The notes under the pieces were generated by a model, which did no database searches, had not been told where the DNA came from, and was given only the letters and a program-made list of their open reading frames with translations. A program made the position numbers and the translations under genes. Source: Desulfomonilia bacterium (GTDB taxonomy: Bacteria > Desulfobacterota > Desulfomonilia > UBA1062). From it: a stretch of 64,000 nucleotides of DNA. The stretch spans positions 1 through 64,000 of the forward strand of contig CAXXDQ010000003.1 in assembly GCA_963664325.2 (NCBI GenBank), written 5' to 3'. Below, one piece after another: positions 19,439-31,243 of the stretch. Position 1 is the first letter of the stretch. Each line of letters opens with the position of its first letter.

Positions 19439-19825
19439 ATGCTAAAACCAAAAGATCTCCAGGAGATTAAGGGAATCCTCCTTACAATGAAAAAGGAACT
19501 CCTTGAAGACCTCGAAGAACGTATTAAATCAAGTGATGTCTCTGATCAGAGAGTAATCGGTGATATTTTTGACGATGCCGACCTTGAACAGTCAAGGGAA
19601 TTTAACCTGCTTCTGAATACGAGGGAAAAGCAGAAGATAAAACAGATTGAGCAGGCACTCTTAAAGCTGGAAAACGGTGAATACGGCATATGCGAAAACT
19701 GCGAGGAAGACATCCCTGTCGGTCGTCTGAAAGCCATGCCGTTTGCCAGCCTGTGCGTAAAATGCAAATCAGAGCAGGAAATCATCGAGGGTCACGCAAC
19801 AGTATACCCCAACGAGAAAGGCTAG
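19439..19825 (+). CDS. dksA: DksA/TraR family zinc-finger protein
   Basis: Coiled coil, D..D tip, YGICENCEEDIPVGRL.A.P.A.LCVKC. Confidence 0.88.
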   Translation: MLKPKDLQEIKGILLTMKKELLEDLEERIKSSDVSDQRVIGDIFDDADLEQSREFNLLLNTREKQKIKQIEQALLKLENGEYGICENCEEDIPVGRLKAMPFASLCVKCKSEQEIIEGHATVYPNEKG

Positions 19826-19828
19826 ACT

Positions 19829-22768
19829 ATGTCACACAGGGTTGAGGTCGGACCCAAACCTCACCTTTTTGATGCCCGCGGTGAGAGGGTAAAAAAACAG
19901 ATTCACCACGCCCTGCCTGATATTTCAATCAATCATATCACATGCCTGGATATTTATAATATTGACGGGGACACGAAAGAACAATGGTGCAGGGAGGCCT
20001 TCTGCGATCCCGTCATACAGGATTTCGCCTTTGACCGGGTCCTTGAATATGACTTCAACTGGTATATCGAGATAGGATTCAAACCTGGTGTAACTGATAA
20101 TGTCGGCCACAGTGCGGCGTATGCGCTTGAACTGATAAGCGGTGAAAAGATGGAGGTTTTCTTCGCCCGCGGTTTTTTGATCAGTGCTGACATTGACCGC
20201 AGAACCGCAGAGAAGATAGCAACTGAATGTCTTTCAAATACACTTATTCAAAATTACCGAGTTTTTTCACCTGTAGAATCGGCCGGCATAGCACCCTATA
20301 TACCCAAAGTAGTCGATACGCATATCCCGAAAATAAGTGAGATCGATCTCGAAATCCCTGACGATGAATTGGTAAGTCTGTCCCAGGACAGGACCTTGGC
20401 GCTCACACTGACGGAAATGAAGGCGATCCAGACATACATGAGAGCTCCTGACGTCAGGGAAAAAAGGCTCTCAGCAGGTCTTGGAGAAAAAATAACGGAT
20501 GTCGAGATTGAGGCCCTTGCCCAGACATGGTCGGAGCACTGCAAACACAAGATTTTCAATGCGGACATCCTCTATATTGAAAACGGCAAAGAAGAAAGGA
20601 TAGCATCTCTTTTCAAGACATACATAAAAGGCTCAACGGATGAGATCAGAAGATCACAGGGTGAAGAGGATATCTGTGTCAGCATATTTACAGACAACGC
20701 AGGCGTAATCAGGTTTACAGATGATTATCACCTGGTTTTCAAGGTGGAGACTCACAATTCGCCTTCCGCACTTGACCCCTACGGCGGTGCGCTTACAGGG
20801 ATTGTGGGTGTGAACAGGGACCCGTTCGGAACCGGTCTGGGTGCAAAACTGATTTTTAACACTGACGTTTTCTGTTTTGCCGATCCTTTCTATTCGCAGG
20901 ATTTGCCTCCAAAGATACTTCACCCGATGCGCATATTCGAAGGTGTGCGGGAAGGTGTCGAGCATGGAGGCAATAAAAGCGGGATACCTACTATAAACGG
21001 TTCAATAGTTTTCGATAACCGTTATCTCGGCAAACCGCTCGTCTATTGCGGAACGGCAGGCATAATGCCTAAGACGGTCGCCGGCAGGCCATCTCATGAA
21101 AAAGAGATTCTTCCGGGTGATAAAATAGTCATGTCGGGGGGCCGGATCGGGAAGGACGGCATTCACGGTGCGACGTTCTCATCCGAAGAATTTCACGAGG
21201 CGTCGCCCACATCTGCTGTTCAGATAGGTGATCCCATCACCCAGAAGAAGCTTACGGATTTTCTGCTTCGCGCACGTGACAGGGGATTGTACAGGGCCAT
21301 TACCGACAACGGGGCAGGCGGGCTTTCATCTTCAATCGGTGAAATGTCGGGCATGTCGGGCGGGTGCCTGATAGAGCTTGAAAAGCCATTATTGAAATAT
21401 GCCGGCCTTAACCCATGGGAGATACTTCTTTCCGAGGCCCAGGAGCGTATGAGCCTGGCTGTTGCACCGGAAAACGTCAAAGAATTCCTGTTACTTTCAG
21501 ATGAGATGGGAGTGGAATCCACTGTAATCGGTGAATTTACTGATTCAGGCTATTTCCATTGCACATATAAAGGTGAGACAGTTGCATTTCTGGGTATGGA
21601 GTTTATGCATGACGGACTTCCCAGGCTTGATCTGAAGGCGGTATGGGATGACAGAATGGTTCAGGAAGACGAGATTCCGGAACCAGCCGATCATAATGCA
21701 AAACTCAAAGATATGCTGAGGCGGCTTAACATATGCTCGAAAGAATATGTCATCCGGCAGTATGACCATGAGGTCCAGGGCGGGTCGGTTGTCAAGCCCC
21801 TGACAGGTGCCGCATGCGACGGCCCGGCTGATGCCGGTGTTGTGAGGCCCCTGCTTGATATGATGGACGGCGTAGTGGTATCTAACGGAATATGTCCGAG
21901 ATATTCGGACATTGACGCCTATCACATGGCGGCGAACGCCCTTGATGAGGCGCTTAGAAATTATGTCTGTACAGGCGGCGATCCCGGACACTGGGCGGCA
22001 CTGGATAATTTCTGCTGGTGCGACCCGGTTCAGAGTCCGAGAAACCCGGACGGCGCATACAAGCTTGCACAGCTTGTAAGGGCGAACAGGGCGCTTTATG
22101 ATTACACAGTCGCTTTCTCATGTCCGCTGGTCTCAGGCAAGGACAGCATGAAGAACGATTACATCAACGAAGGCCTGAAGATCTCAATTCCGCCGACGCT
22201 TCTTGTATCGGCCATCGGCAGGATTGAGGATGTCACAAAAGCTGTTACCATGGATGTCAAGAAACCGGACGACATCGTCTATCTGCTTGGGATTACAAAG
22301 AACGAACTCGGGGCCGGCGAATACCTGGCGTCATTCGGAATTATCGGTTCATCAATACCGGAAGTAGATGCCAAAACAGCATTTGAAAGGTATAAAAAGC
22401 TTCATTCGGCAATCAAAAAAGGCCTGATAGCCTCAGCTCACGACTGCTCTGACGGGGGGCTTGCAGTGGCGCTGGCCGAAAAGGCCTTTGCCGGGGGATT
22501 GGGAATAGAGGCTGACGTCGCCGAGGTAAAGACGGAAGGAAAATTGACCGATACACAAATCTTTTACTCTGAGACTGCAAGCAGGATAATCATAACGGTC
22601 AGACCTGAAAATGCAGAGGCTGTAGAAGCGCTCTTTGAAAGAGACATATCACGGATCGGCCGTGTAACAAAGCAAAGGAGCCTTATACTGAAAGGCACAG
22701 GCGGCATAATTGTAGAAAGCGGCATAGAGGAACTCAAGGCGGCGTGGAAAGAGCCGCTCAATTTTTAG
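19829..22768 (+). CDS. purL: Phosphoribosylformylglycinamidine synthase, PurL (with PurS-like N-terminus)
   Basis: QTWSEHCKHKIFNA, KVETHNSPS, DNGAGGLSS, SGKDSMKND, HDCSDGGL. Confidence 0.95.
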   Translation: MSHRVEVGPKPHLFDARGERVKKQIHHALPDISINHITCLDIYNIDGDTKEQWCREAFCDPVIQDFAFDRVLEYDFNWYIEIGFKPGVTDNVGHSAAYALELISGEKMEVFFARGFLISADIDRRTAEKIATECLSNTLIQNYRVFSPVESAGIAPYIPKVVDTHIPKISEIDLEIPDDELVSLSQDRTLALTLTEMKAIQTYMRAPDVREKRLSAGLGEKITDVEIEALAQTWSEHCKHKIFNADILYIENGKEERIASLFKTYIKGSTDEIRRSQGEEDICVSIFTDNAGVIRFTDDYHLVFKVETHNSPSALDPYGGALTGIVGVNRDPFGTGLGAKLIFNTDVFCFADPFYSQDLPPKILHPMRIFEGVREGVEHGGNKSGIPTINGSIVFDNRYLGKPLVYCGTAGIMPKTVAGRPSHEKEILPGDKIVMSGGRIGKDGIHGATFSSEEFHEASPTSAVQIGDPITQKKLTDFLLRARDRGLYRAITDNGAGGLSSSIGEMSGMSGGCLIELEKPLLKYAGLNPWEILLSEAQERMSLAVAPENVKEFLLLSDEMGVESTVIGEFTDSGYFHCTYKGETVAFLGMEFMHDGLPRLDLKAVWDDRMVQEDEIPEPADHNAKLKDMLRRLNICSKEYVIRQYDHEVQGGSVVKPLTGAACDGPADAGVVRPLLDMMDGVVVSNGICPRYSDIDAYHMAANALDEALRNYVCTGGDPGHWAALDNFCWCDPVQSPRNPDGAYKLAQLVRANRALYDYTVAFSCPLVSGKDSMKNDYINEGLKISIPPTLLVSAIGRIEDVTKAVTMDVKKPDDIVYLLGITKNELGAGEYLASFGIIGSSIPEVDAKTAFERYKKLHSAIKKGLIASAHDCSDGGLAVALAEKAFAGGLGIEADVAEVKTEGKLTDTQIFYSETASRIIITVRPENAEAVEALFERDISRIGRVTKQRSLILKGTGGIIVESGIEELKAAWKEPLNF

Positions 22769-22774
22769 CAGGCC

Positions 22775-23587
22775 ATGGCAAAAACAATCAAAGCACTTGT
22801 AATTACAGGATCGGGAACAAACTGCGAAATGGAAATGGCGCATGCCTGCAGGCTTGCCGGCGCCAAAGCAGATATTGCACATTTGAGCGATATCCTGAGC
22901 GCAAGGGTATGCATTCCAGATTATGATTTCCTGAACCTTCCGGGAGGATTCCTTGACGGTGACGACCTTGGAAGCGCAATGGTCGAGAGCGTAAGATTAA
23001 GGCATGCCTTGATCAAAGGAACATCCCGCACCATGTACGATGAGATCATGGCCCTGATAGAAAAAGGCGGAATCGTTCTTGGTGTGTGCAACGGCTTTCA
23101 GGCGCTGGTCAAGACAGGGCTGCTTCCAGGCAACCCGTTCGGAAAACGCAGGGTGTCTCTGTCTTTCAACGACTCGGCCAGATTTGAAGACAGGTGGGTG
23201 AAGATGACGGTTAATGAAAAAAGCCCGTGCATATTCACAAAAGGTCTTGATACTCTCGACCTTCCTGTACGCCATGGGGAAGGCAAGTTCATAACAGACA
23301 GTGCCGATACACTAAAAGAAATAACATCAGGCAACCTGGATTGCCTCTATTACGCGGATGCAAAAGGTAATGCGACAATGCAGTATCCTGCGAACCCCAA
23401 CGGCAGCGTGAACGGAATTGCGGGAATATGCGATGCAACAGGCCGCGTATTCGGACTAATGCCCCATCCCGAGGCATTCACCCACTTCACCAACCATCCG
23501 CAATGGACTCGCGGCATTATCAAAAAACGTGCCGAAGGCATGCTTCTTTTCGACAATGCGGTAAAGTTCTTGACTGGCAGTATATAG
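22775..23587 (+). CDS. purQ: FGAM synthase glutaminase subunit
   Basis: GTNCE, PGGFLDGD, GVCNGFQ, HGEG, GLMPHPE. Confidence 0.95.
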   Translation: MAKTIKALVITGSGTNCEMEMAHACRLAGAKADIAHLSDILSARVCIPDYDFLNLPGGFLDGDDLGSAMVESVRLRHALIKGTSRTMYDEIMALIEKGGIVLGVCNGFQALVKTGLLPGNPFGKRRVSLSFNDSARFEDRWVKMTVNEKSPCIFTKGLDTLDLPVRHGEGKFITDSADTLKEITSGNLDCLYYADAKGNATMQYPANPNGSVNGIAGICDATGRVFGLMPHPEAFTHFTNHPQWTRGIIKKRAEGMLLFDNAVKFLTGSI

Positions 23588-23605
23588 GCAAATTTTATAT
23601 CAAAC

Positions 23606-23980
23606 CTATAATGTATTTCTCTGGCCAGCCTTTCTGGAAGACTTGATTTTTGCTGCCATGAACTTTTCTGCTTTAATGAGACTGTCAAGGCCTGTCTTGT
23701 CGGGATTAGTAAATTCAACCGCCACCCCTAATCGAGTGCTCCTTACTACATGCCCGCTTACACCAATTATACGGCCAATATTTTCGGCATCAATATCAAT
23801 CACGATTTCAGTTCCAAGATTCAAAAGCTGAGAAGTTACCATAAATAAACCGCCCATGCTGATGTTGGTGATTCTCGTGCTGTAAGCCCCGGAGTTGCCT
23901 TCGCGGAATAAAGCCTTTAACCCGACATTGATCCTGTCATATGTTCTTTTCTCATTCATGAATAACTCCTTTAAATTCAT
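23606..23980 (-). CDS. Stand-alone PilZ domain protein
   Basis: EKRTYDR, NISMGG, VVR...GVAVEF. Confidence 0.85.
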   Translation of the reverse strand: MNLKELFMNEKRTYDRINVGLKALFREGNSGAYSTRITNISMGGLFMVTSQLLNLGTEIVIDIDAENIGRIIGVSGHVVRSTRLGVAVEFTNPDKTGLDSLIKAEKFMAAKIKSSRKAGQRNTL

Positions 23981-24267
23981 TAAAATAAATCGTATGGTTA
24001 ATGTTTAAATACATTTTTTATTCATAATCAACATAATAATACAAGTATAACAAATCATTAACACAACGTAAATATTCTCGATTTGCATATTTAAAGCCGG
24101 GTTTAACCGGCATAATCAGGGGAGGCTGGAAAATTACTTAGTATGAATGTAATTGGCATACTTCAGCCTCGATTTGCAGATAATCCAATCGAACTCCGGA
24201 GTTAATAGTTGCATTAAACAGATATTTCGATTTGCCCTAAAACGTGTGCTCTGGTAGAAGATACTTC

Positions 24268-27200
24268 GTGCGTCTTTCCAGGGTTGAAATCAAAGGATTT
24301 AAGTCCTTATCCAAAAAGACGGTGCTCACGTTTCCCGGTGCGGTCACGTGTATAGCCGGACCGAACGGGTGCGGCAAAAGCAATGTCATCGATGCGATCA
24401 GGTGGGCCGCTGGGCGAGCAGTCTGCAAGGGCCTTGCGCGCAGGGTCAATGGCGGACGTCATATTCTCCGGAACCCGGGATGCACCTCCCTTCCTCAATG
24501 GCAAGCGTAACCCTTGAATTTGTCAAGGACGGCGGCATATTCCCTGCATCCATGGACGGTTTTGAGGCCATATCAGTATCACGCAGATTGTTCAAATCGG
24601 GCGAAAGCTCATATGAGATAAACAATGTCAGGTGCCGGCTGAAGGACGTAACAGACTATATTCCTCGACTCGGGACTTGACCGGCAGGGTTATGCAATAA
24701 TCGAACAGGGCAGGGTCAAAGACATAATCCTGGCCAAACCCGAGGATATCAGGCATGTGATCGAAGAGGTCGCCGAAGTCGGAAGGTTCCGTATAAAAAG
24801 GTCCGAAGCTATAAAGCGTCTTGAAACAACATCGGGTAATCTCGAGCGGATAAAGGACATTCTTACCGAGGTTGCCAAGCAGAGGGACAGCCTCAGGGCT
24901 CAGGCAACAAAAGCCAGAAGGTACCAGGCATTAAAGGACAGGATGAACGAGCTTACAAGACTTCTCTGGGCGAGTGAAATCAGGGAAGTCCTGAATAAAC
25001 ACCAGGACCTCAATACCCAGCTCATATCTGTCGAAGATGAGGTCAAAGCTGCAAAATCGGCTGCAGCAAGAGAAGCAGCCATGTTTGACAAGCAGTCCTG
25101 ATAAACTAAACCAGATGAAAGTCAGAATTGATGAATTAATATTCATCACTGAGTGATGCAAAGGCCAGACACGGACTTGCCATAGCGGAAAGGGATGCAT
25201 CGATCGAGCGCATGAAGGATATCCAGTCGACACTGCTGCATATTAACTCGAAAATAGAGGCCGCCGGGGCGGAAACAGAGGCGGCGGTTGTAGAATTAAA
25301 GTCTGCCGGTGAAGAAAAAAGAAAAGCTTGAGCTTGATGAGGCCGCTATTGTTGCGAACCTCGATCTTTTGGGTGATAAAGTTGACAGGTTGTCTGCTGA
25401 ACTCTCCGGCATTTCTTCGGAATATGACCGGAACCGATCGGAGCTTTTTGAGAGGCTCGGCAGCTCAAGGCTGGTTGATCAGAGGATTAATTATCTCAAT
25501 CAAAGGCTGAATGATATGGCATCGGGCATATCAAAAAGGCGGGAGGAATTAAAAGAGCTCAAGGCTGTTATCAAAGAACAGAATGAAATGCTTGTAAAAC
25601 ATGATGTCCGGATTAAAGAGCTCGAGGATAAAATCAAGACCGTTAATGATGAAATCCTTGAGATATCAAATAAACGGGATTCGCTCTCGGATGAAATTGA
25701 AGAAAAGAAAAAGGCCCTGACTGAAAAAGAAAAAGAATATGCAGGGATGAATGCCCGGATAGAAATGCTGGACCGCATTGCAAGCATAACACCTCATGCT
25801 TCGGAAAATTCCCGGGGGAAAACGCTTAAGCGCGTTGCCGATACCATAAAGGTCAAAGCCGGTTATGAAGATGCGGCCGGAGCCCTGGGTGACATGCTGG
25901 ATTACTTGATTATCAAAGATCATGATGAATTTCTGGGATCAGGGATTGACATCGCATCATCACCGGGATTTATTCCGGCAAAGCCGTATATTGAAAAGAA
26001 CGAAACAGAAGTAATGCCGTCCCATGAATCCGTGCTCGGGAGCATGGGCAAATTCATCAATCCCCAGAAAGGCTTTGAAGCGATTGTTGATGCGATTACC
26101 CGCAGAAAATACATTGTGAGCGATATCAAGAGCGCGGTAATGCTCTGGAAAAAGGGGCTCAGGTCGCATGATTACATAACCGCCGATGGCGTAGTGCTTG
26201 AGTCCACAGGCGTCCTGAGGGTTAATACTGAAAAGGACAAATATGCAGAGATGTTCAAGGCCAGGGCCGAGATCGAAGAACAAAACCGGTATAAAGCCGA
26301 GCTTGAAACAGAAATGAACAAGTTCGGGGAAGCCATATCATCATCAGGGAATCAGCTTTCCGGTTTGAACGCCGAGATAATAAAACTGAATGATAAGCTG
26401 TCCGATCTTGATAAGGAACGCCAGTCGGAGATTTTATCAAAGCAGTCTCTGGCAGGCAGAATAGATACGAATGAAAAGCGAACTCTGGATTTCCTCAAGG
26501 ATATCAAATCCTGGGATGAGATGACTTCCGGGGTCAAGGATGAGATCAAAGCGGCATTGCAGGAAAAAGAGGGGGCCGAGATTATGCTGTCTGATCTCAA
26601 GGAGCAACTGAAGAGGCTTGAAGCAGGAAAGCTTGAGGCATCACAGGTGTTCAACAAGGCCCAGGAAGAGAAAAATGCAATAACGGACAAGCTTGGCAGA
26701 TTAAGGGTGGAGATGGCCTCTGTACTTGAAAGGATAAAAGGGCTGAATTTGCAGTCTCAAAAGAGACAGGCGGAACTGGAATCAGACATGCAGAGGGCCT
26801 ATGAAATCAGTGTCAAGGAGAAAGAGATAACATCAATGCTCGAAAATGCGGAGGAGGTTGTGATTAATACACTGGCCGATATCAAGGCCAGAGAAGTTGA
26901 GCTTGAGGATGCCATGCCTGAATTTACAAAATTTTCCCAGGAGGCGGGAGAGATAAGCGAACGCGAACAGGCACTGAAGTCCGGACTATCTGCATTGGAG
27001 GATAAGAGGAATATGATCATCCTTGAGGCTAAAGAGCAGGAGATTGCTGAAAGGATGATGCTCGAACGATATACCGGAAGGTTCGGTGAAGAGGTCCTGC
27101 CCGGGATCCCGGACAATTTCGACTTGGAGGCATCAAGAGAAGAGGTTGCAAAACTCCAGGGCCGGGTTGAGGTATTGGGACAGATAAATTTTGCTTCAAT

Positions 27201-27768
27201 AGAATCATATGACGAGGCACAGGCAAGGTATGATGATTTTCATGCCCAGTACCAGGACCTGGTACTTGCAAGTGAAAGGCTCAAGGAACTCATTACCAGC
27301 ATAGAAAGGGAAAGCCAGAAGGAATTTGCCTCAACGTTCGCCAAGGTCAGGGCAAACTTCAAGGAGATATTCACCACGATGTTCGGAGGCGGGCAGGCGG
27401 ACATTGTCCTGCAGGAAGGCGGGATGGATGCGGGCGTGGATATTTACGCTTGTCCTCCCTTCAAGAAGCTCAAAGTCATGAGCCTCCTTTCCGAAGGGGA
27501 AAAAACCCTCACGGCAATATCGTTCATCTTCGCCCTTTTCAAGGTAAGGCCGTCGCCTTTCTGTATACTGGACGAGGTGGACGCACCCCTTGACGATTCG
27601 AATGTTGAACGTATCAACCGCCTGATACGAACATTCTCGAAAGAGTCCCAGTTCCTTGTTGTTACCCATAATAAGAATACCATGGAAATGGCGGATATAA
27701 TCTATGGCGTCACATTCGATGTACCGGGGATATCAAAAGTCGTTTCGATGGACCTTCAGAAGGTGTGA
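24268..27768 (+). CDS. smc: Chromosome segregation protein SMC; reading frame broken several times in the first ~1.1 kb (probable sequencing errors)
   Basis: Walker A GPNGCGKSN; LGEQSARALR and YAIIEQG recoverable across frames; coiled coils; C-terminal LSEGEK and LDEVDAPLD. Confidence 0.9.
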
Positions 27769-28459
27769 TTCCGCCTTACGGCAAGTTCGTAGACTGCAAT
27801 TGCCGTTGATTGTGAAACATTAAGGGAATTGAATGGCCCTTTCATCGGGATATGGGCCAGGAAGTCCAGTTCCCCAGTAATGACCGGCCTGATGCCTGAA
27901 TCCTCGCCTCCCATTATGATGGCTGGTTTTTTTAAAATCAGGAACTGCCGCAATGCTCTCTTTGGCCCTGGCATCGAGTCCGACAAGCCAGAAACCATTT
28001 TTTTTTAAGCTCTTTTATGGCATGGCGGAGATTGACCACCTTGGCCACCACGGCCTTTTCAGTAGCCCCTGCCGAGGCTTTGACCACGGCCGGTGTGACA
28101 GAAGCAGCCCGGTCTTCGGGAATTATGACGGCAGCGCCCGCCAGCGCATAGGCGGTTCGGATTATGGAGCCGAGGTTCTGAGGATCTTCGACCGAGTCGA
28201 GAAGTACGGCGAAATCAAGTGCGGCGGCATCTTCAACGGACGCATAACGGAATGGGGAAACTCTGGCGGCTATGCCCTGATGGTTTTTGACCCCGGCTAT
28301 GCGGTCAAGATCGCTTCGCGTTACAGTGCTTAAAGACACGCCCCTGGCAAGAGATGCGATTTTATCATGGCTCTCTCGCGCCACAAGGATCTCAAAAAAC
28401 TTCCTTTTCTGAGCTTTAAGCGCCTCTTCAACGGGGTTGAAACCGTATATTACCTCCAC
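27756..28459 (-). CDS. rlmB: 23S rRNA Gm2251 methyltransferase (TrmH/RlmB family), frameshifted near the T9 run at ~27998-28006
   Basis: NHQGIAA, DPQNLGSIIRTA, KASAGA in one frame; MGGEDSG...IPMKG..NSLNVS in another. Confidence 0.85.
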
Positions 28460-28490
28460 CCTTTACTCCTCAATCCAGCTGATAGAGTAT

Positions 28491-29309
28491 TCAGCAAGTG
28501 AGGGAAGCCTTGATATTCGGGTTAGCTTCGACCCACCGGCCGGCAAGCCCTGTTTCTTTCGCTGACAGCTCAAAATGGGACATGGCTATGCCCATATCGA
28601 TTTTCTGGATATCAATAGGCAGTACTTTTGCATAATTCTCCGTTCTTTGCAGGATCAGGTGGACGGCGTTGCCGTCTATGACCATCCGCCAGGGCTGTTT
28701 GTTGGAGGCCGAAGGCCCGAGTCTGACCATCTCGAGCGGAATTGCATATTTCCCTGCAGCGGACTCGGTCAAAGACGCATCGAAGGATTTCATGAAAAAG
28801 AGTTCACTGAAGGTTTTACGTTTCTTTGAACCTGCCATAAATCTGAATGCATGGTCTATAATTGTGCGTCTGCCGGCAGCATAGCCTACAGGAGTTACGG
28901 CAGGTATGATTTCGGTTGCTTCGAGGCCGACCTTGTCAGAAAACACAGTTCTTTTGAAAGAACCGCCCAGCCAGCAGGTGCCAAGGCCCAGGGATGTCGC
29001 AAACAATATTATCTTTTCAAGCTGGTATCCGTAATCTTCCAGGGCCCTGGGATTATCGTTAACCGCGCCTGCAATGAAAGTTGCGGCACCCCGGACTACA
29101 CCGTATGTACCTTTCACTCCCTCCTTTTTATCTTGCGATGTGAATATTTTAAACCTGGTTCTTGAGCCTGACGGCGGCGAGGAAAGACCCTCTATGAACA
29201 CATCGAGCTTCTTGAGGATGTCGTTGTCGACTGGTTCGCCGGTGTAGCTTCTCCATGAGCATCGGCGCTTGATTATTTCATTTACGGGTTCACTAAAAAG
29301 GCTTGGCAT
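28491..29309 (-). CDS. Nitroreductase family protein (duplicated TM1586-like domains)
   Basis: IKRRCSWRSY, GLGTCWLGG, PSASNKQPW, IDMGIAMSHFEL. Confidence 0.85.
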   Translation of the reverse strand: MPSLFSEPVNEIIKRRCSWRSYTGEPVDNDILKKLDVFIEGLSSPPSGSRTRFKIFTSQDKKEGVKGTYGVVRGAATFIAGAVNDNPRALEDYGYQLEKIILFATSLGLGTCWLGGSFKRTVFSDKVGLEATEIIPAVTPVGYAAGRRTIIDHAFRFMAGSKKRKTFSELFFMKSFDASLTESAAGKYAIPLEMVRLGPSASNKQPWRMVIDGNAVHLILQRTENYAKVLPIDIQKIDMGIAMSHFELSAKETGLAGRWVEANPNIKASLTC

Positions 29310-29395
29310 GTTTCACCTCTCGGCAATTGATGCACTGCTTTATAGCACCTGAAAACAAACTGGACAACATCGAGCGCATTTGGCAAGCATTAATA

Positions 29396-30979
29396 ATGGC
29401 AAAAGAAATTTACGCTCGATCGGAAAAGACAGGACAGACCGGACTTGATTTCAATCCCCAGTTCAGGGCGGCGATTGAGCTGCTGGAGAACAGCAAGCAG
29501 AGCCTTTTCATAACTGGCAGGGCAGGCACGGGCAAATCGACCCTGCTAAACTATTTTCAGAGAACCACGGCCAAAAGGCATGTAGTGCTTGCGCCTACCG
29601 GTGTTGCCGCAATAAATGTAGGCGGCCAGACCATACATTCATTCTTCGGTTTCGGGCCCGACGTAACGGAGAAATCGGTAAAAAAAATCAGGAATGTCAG
29701 TTCAAGGAATATTTACAAGAAAATAGACACCATCATAATCGACGAGATATCCATGGTCAGGGCTGACCTGCTCGACTGCATCGAAAAGTTCATGAGACTG
29801 AACGGCCCGGATGAGAAAAAGCCTTTCGGCGGCTTGCAGATGGTTTTCATAGGCGACCTCTACCAGCTGCCCCCTGTTGTAACTTCTGCCGAAAAAGAAA
29901 TTTTCAAACTGCACTATAAGAGCCCCTATTTTTTCAGCGCCCGGTCTTTTGAATCCATGGACATGGAATTCATTGAGCTGGAAAAGGTCTACCGCCAGCA
30001 CGACGATGAATTCATAAGGCTTCTCAACGCCATAAGGAACCGCTCGGTTACTGATGATGACCTGGCGGCAATAAATAAAAGGCTTGACCCCGAATTCGAG
30101 GCGCCCGGGAATGAGTTTTACATCCAGCTTACAAGCACGAATGACATGGCGGATAAAATCAACGAAACCGAGATGGCCAAGCTTCCGGGTAAGATTTATA
30201 AATTCAGGGCAATCATCGACGGCGATTTCGGGAACGAATACATGCCCACAACAAAGGAGCTGAGGCTTAGAAAAGGCTCCCAGATCATGATGCTGAACAA
30301 CGACCAGCAGGGCCGCTGGGTGAACGGCACTATAGGCGTCATGACCGGGACGGCAAAGGACGAAGACGGGAATATCATTATTAAAGCCAGGCTTGATATG
30401 GGAGAGGACGTCTTTATCAACCCTTATACATGGAGCATTTACAGGTTTTTCATCGAAGGCTCGCAGCTCGCTTCCGAGATCGTGGGGACCTTTGCCCAGT
30501 ACCCTCTCAGGCCGGCTTTTGCCGTCACCATTCACAAGAGCCAGGGCAAGACTTTCAGCAGGGTGATAATCGATCTGGGCCGCGGCACGTTTGCACACGG
30601 CCAGCTTTATGTCGCGCTTTCAAGGTGCGTAAGCCTTGAGGGCATAGTGCTTAAAAAGCCGGTAAAAAAAGGGCATATACTTCTTGACTGGGAGGTCGTC
30701 AGGTTCCTGACACGGCACCAGTACGCCCTTGCTGAAAAAAAGCTTAACCATGATGACAAGCTTCGCATAATTGAAAACGCAATCTCCGGGGGCAGCCAGA
30801 TTGAAATCCTCTACTTAAAGGCCGGGGATGAAAAGTCCCGCAGGATAGTGAAACCCCTTGATGTCAGGCAGATGGAATATAAAGGACATTCCTTCACAGG
30901 GCTCGAGGCCTTCTGCCGGTCGCGCAGGGAGCGCAGGACATTTAATGTGGACAGGATTCTGGAGATCAGAATTGCCTGA
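29396..30979 (+). CDS. Pif1/RecD-like SF1B helicase fused to a C-terminal WYL domain
   Basis: FITGRAGTGKST, LAPTGVAA, IIDEISMV, GDLYQLPPV, TIHKSQGKT, YVALSR; C-terminus I.Y...RIVKPL...LEAFC..R.ERRTFNVDRI is WYL-like. Confidence 0.88.
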   Translation: MAKEIYARSEKTGQTGLDFNPQFRAAIELLENSKQSLFITGRAGTGKSTLLNYFQRTTAKRHVVLAPTGVAAINVGGQTIHSFFGFGPDVTEKSVKKIRNVSSRNIYKKIDTIIIDEISMVRADLLDCIEKFMRLNGPDEKKPFGGLQMVFIGDLYQLPPVVTSAEKEIFKLHYKSPYFFSARSFESMDMEFIELEKVYRQHDDEFIRLLNAIRNRSVTDDDLAAINKRLDPEFEAPGNEFYIQLTSTNDMADKINETEMAKLPGKIYKFRAIIDGDFGNEYMPTTKELRLRKGSQIMMLNNDQQGRWVNGTIGVMTGTAKDEDGNIIIKARLDMGEDVFINPYTWSIYRFFIEGSQLASEIVGTFAQYPLRPAFAVTIHKSQGKTFSRVIIDLGRGTFAHGQLYVALSRCVSLEGIVLKKPVKKGHILLDWEVVRFLTRHQYALAEKKLNHDDKLRIIENAISGGSQIEILYLKAGDEKSRRIVKPLDVRQMEYKGHSFTGLEAFCRSRRERRTFNVDRILEIRIA

Positions 30980-31243
30980 TTCCATTTTCTATTCAAATAC
31001 TCTTGAATCACTGCTCCGTATGTCGTTTCTAGGTTAAGAAACGACGAGAAAAAGGCTCTTTGCTTCCTGTTTAGAACCTCAAGCCGGAGGCGCAGAGAAT
31101 TCTTTGTTATTACATTTCTCATCTCAGTCAGAACGACATGAGCCGTAATAATGCAAGAGTCTTTTGTTTAAATCCGATAGACAAATTCACTGACTGAGTG
31201 TTCATCCCTGGGAGTTCGTATATTGATCATTTCCTTCAATCAG

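Noticed and set aside
30811-31240. Possible gene remnant (103-aa ORF) between the helicase and fadD
   Set aside because: No recognisable motif, overlaps the helicase end, and the upstream frame has a stop.
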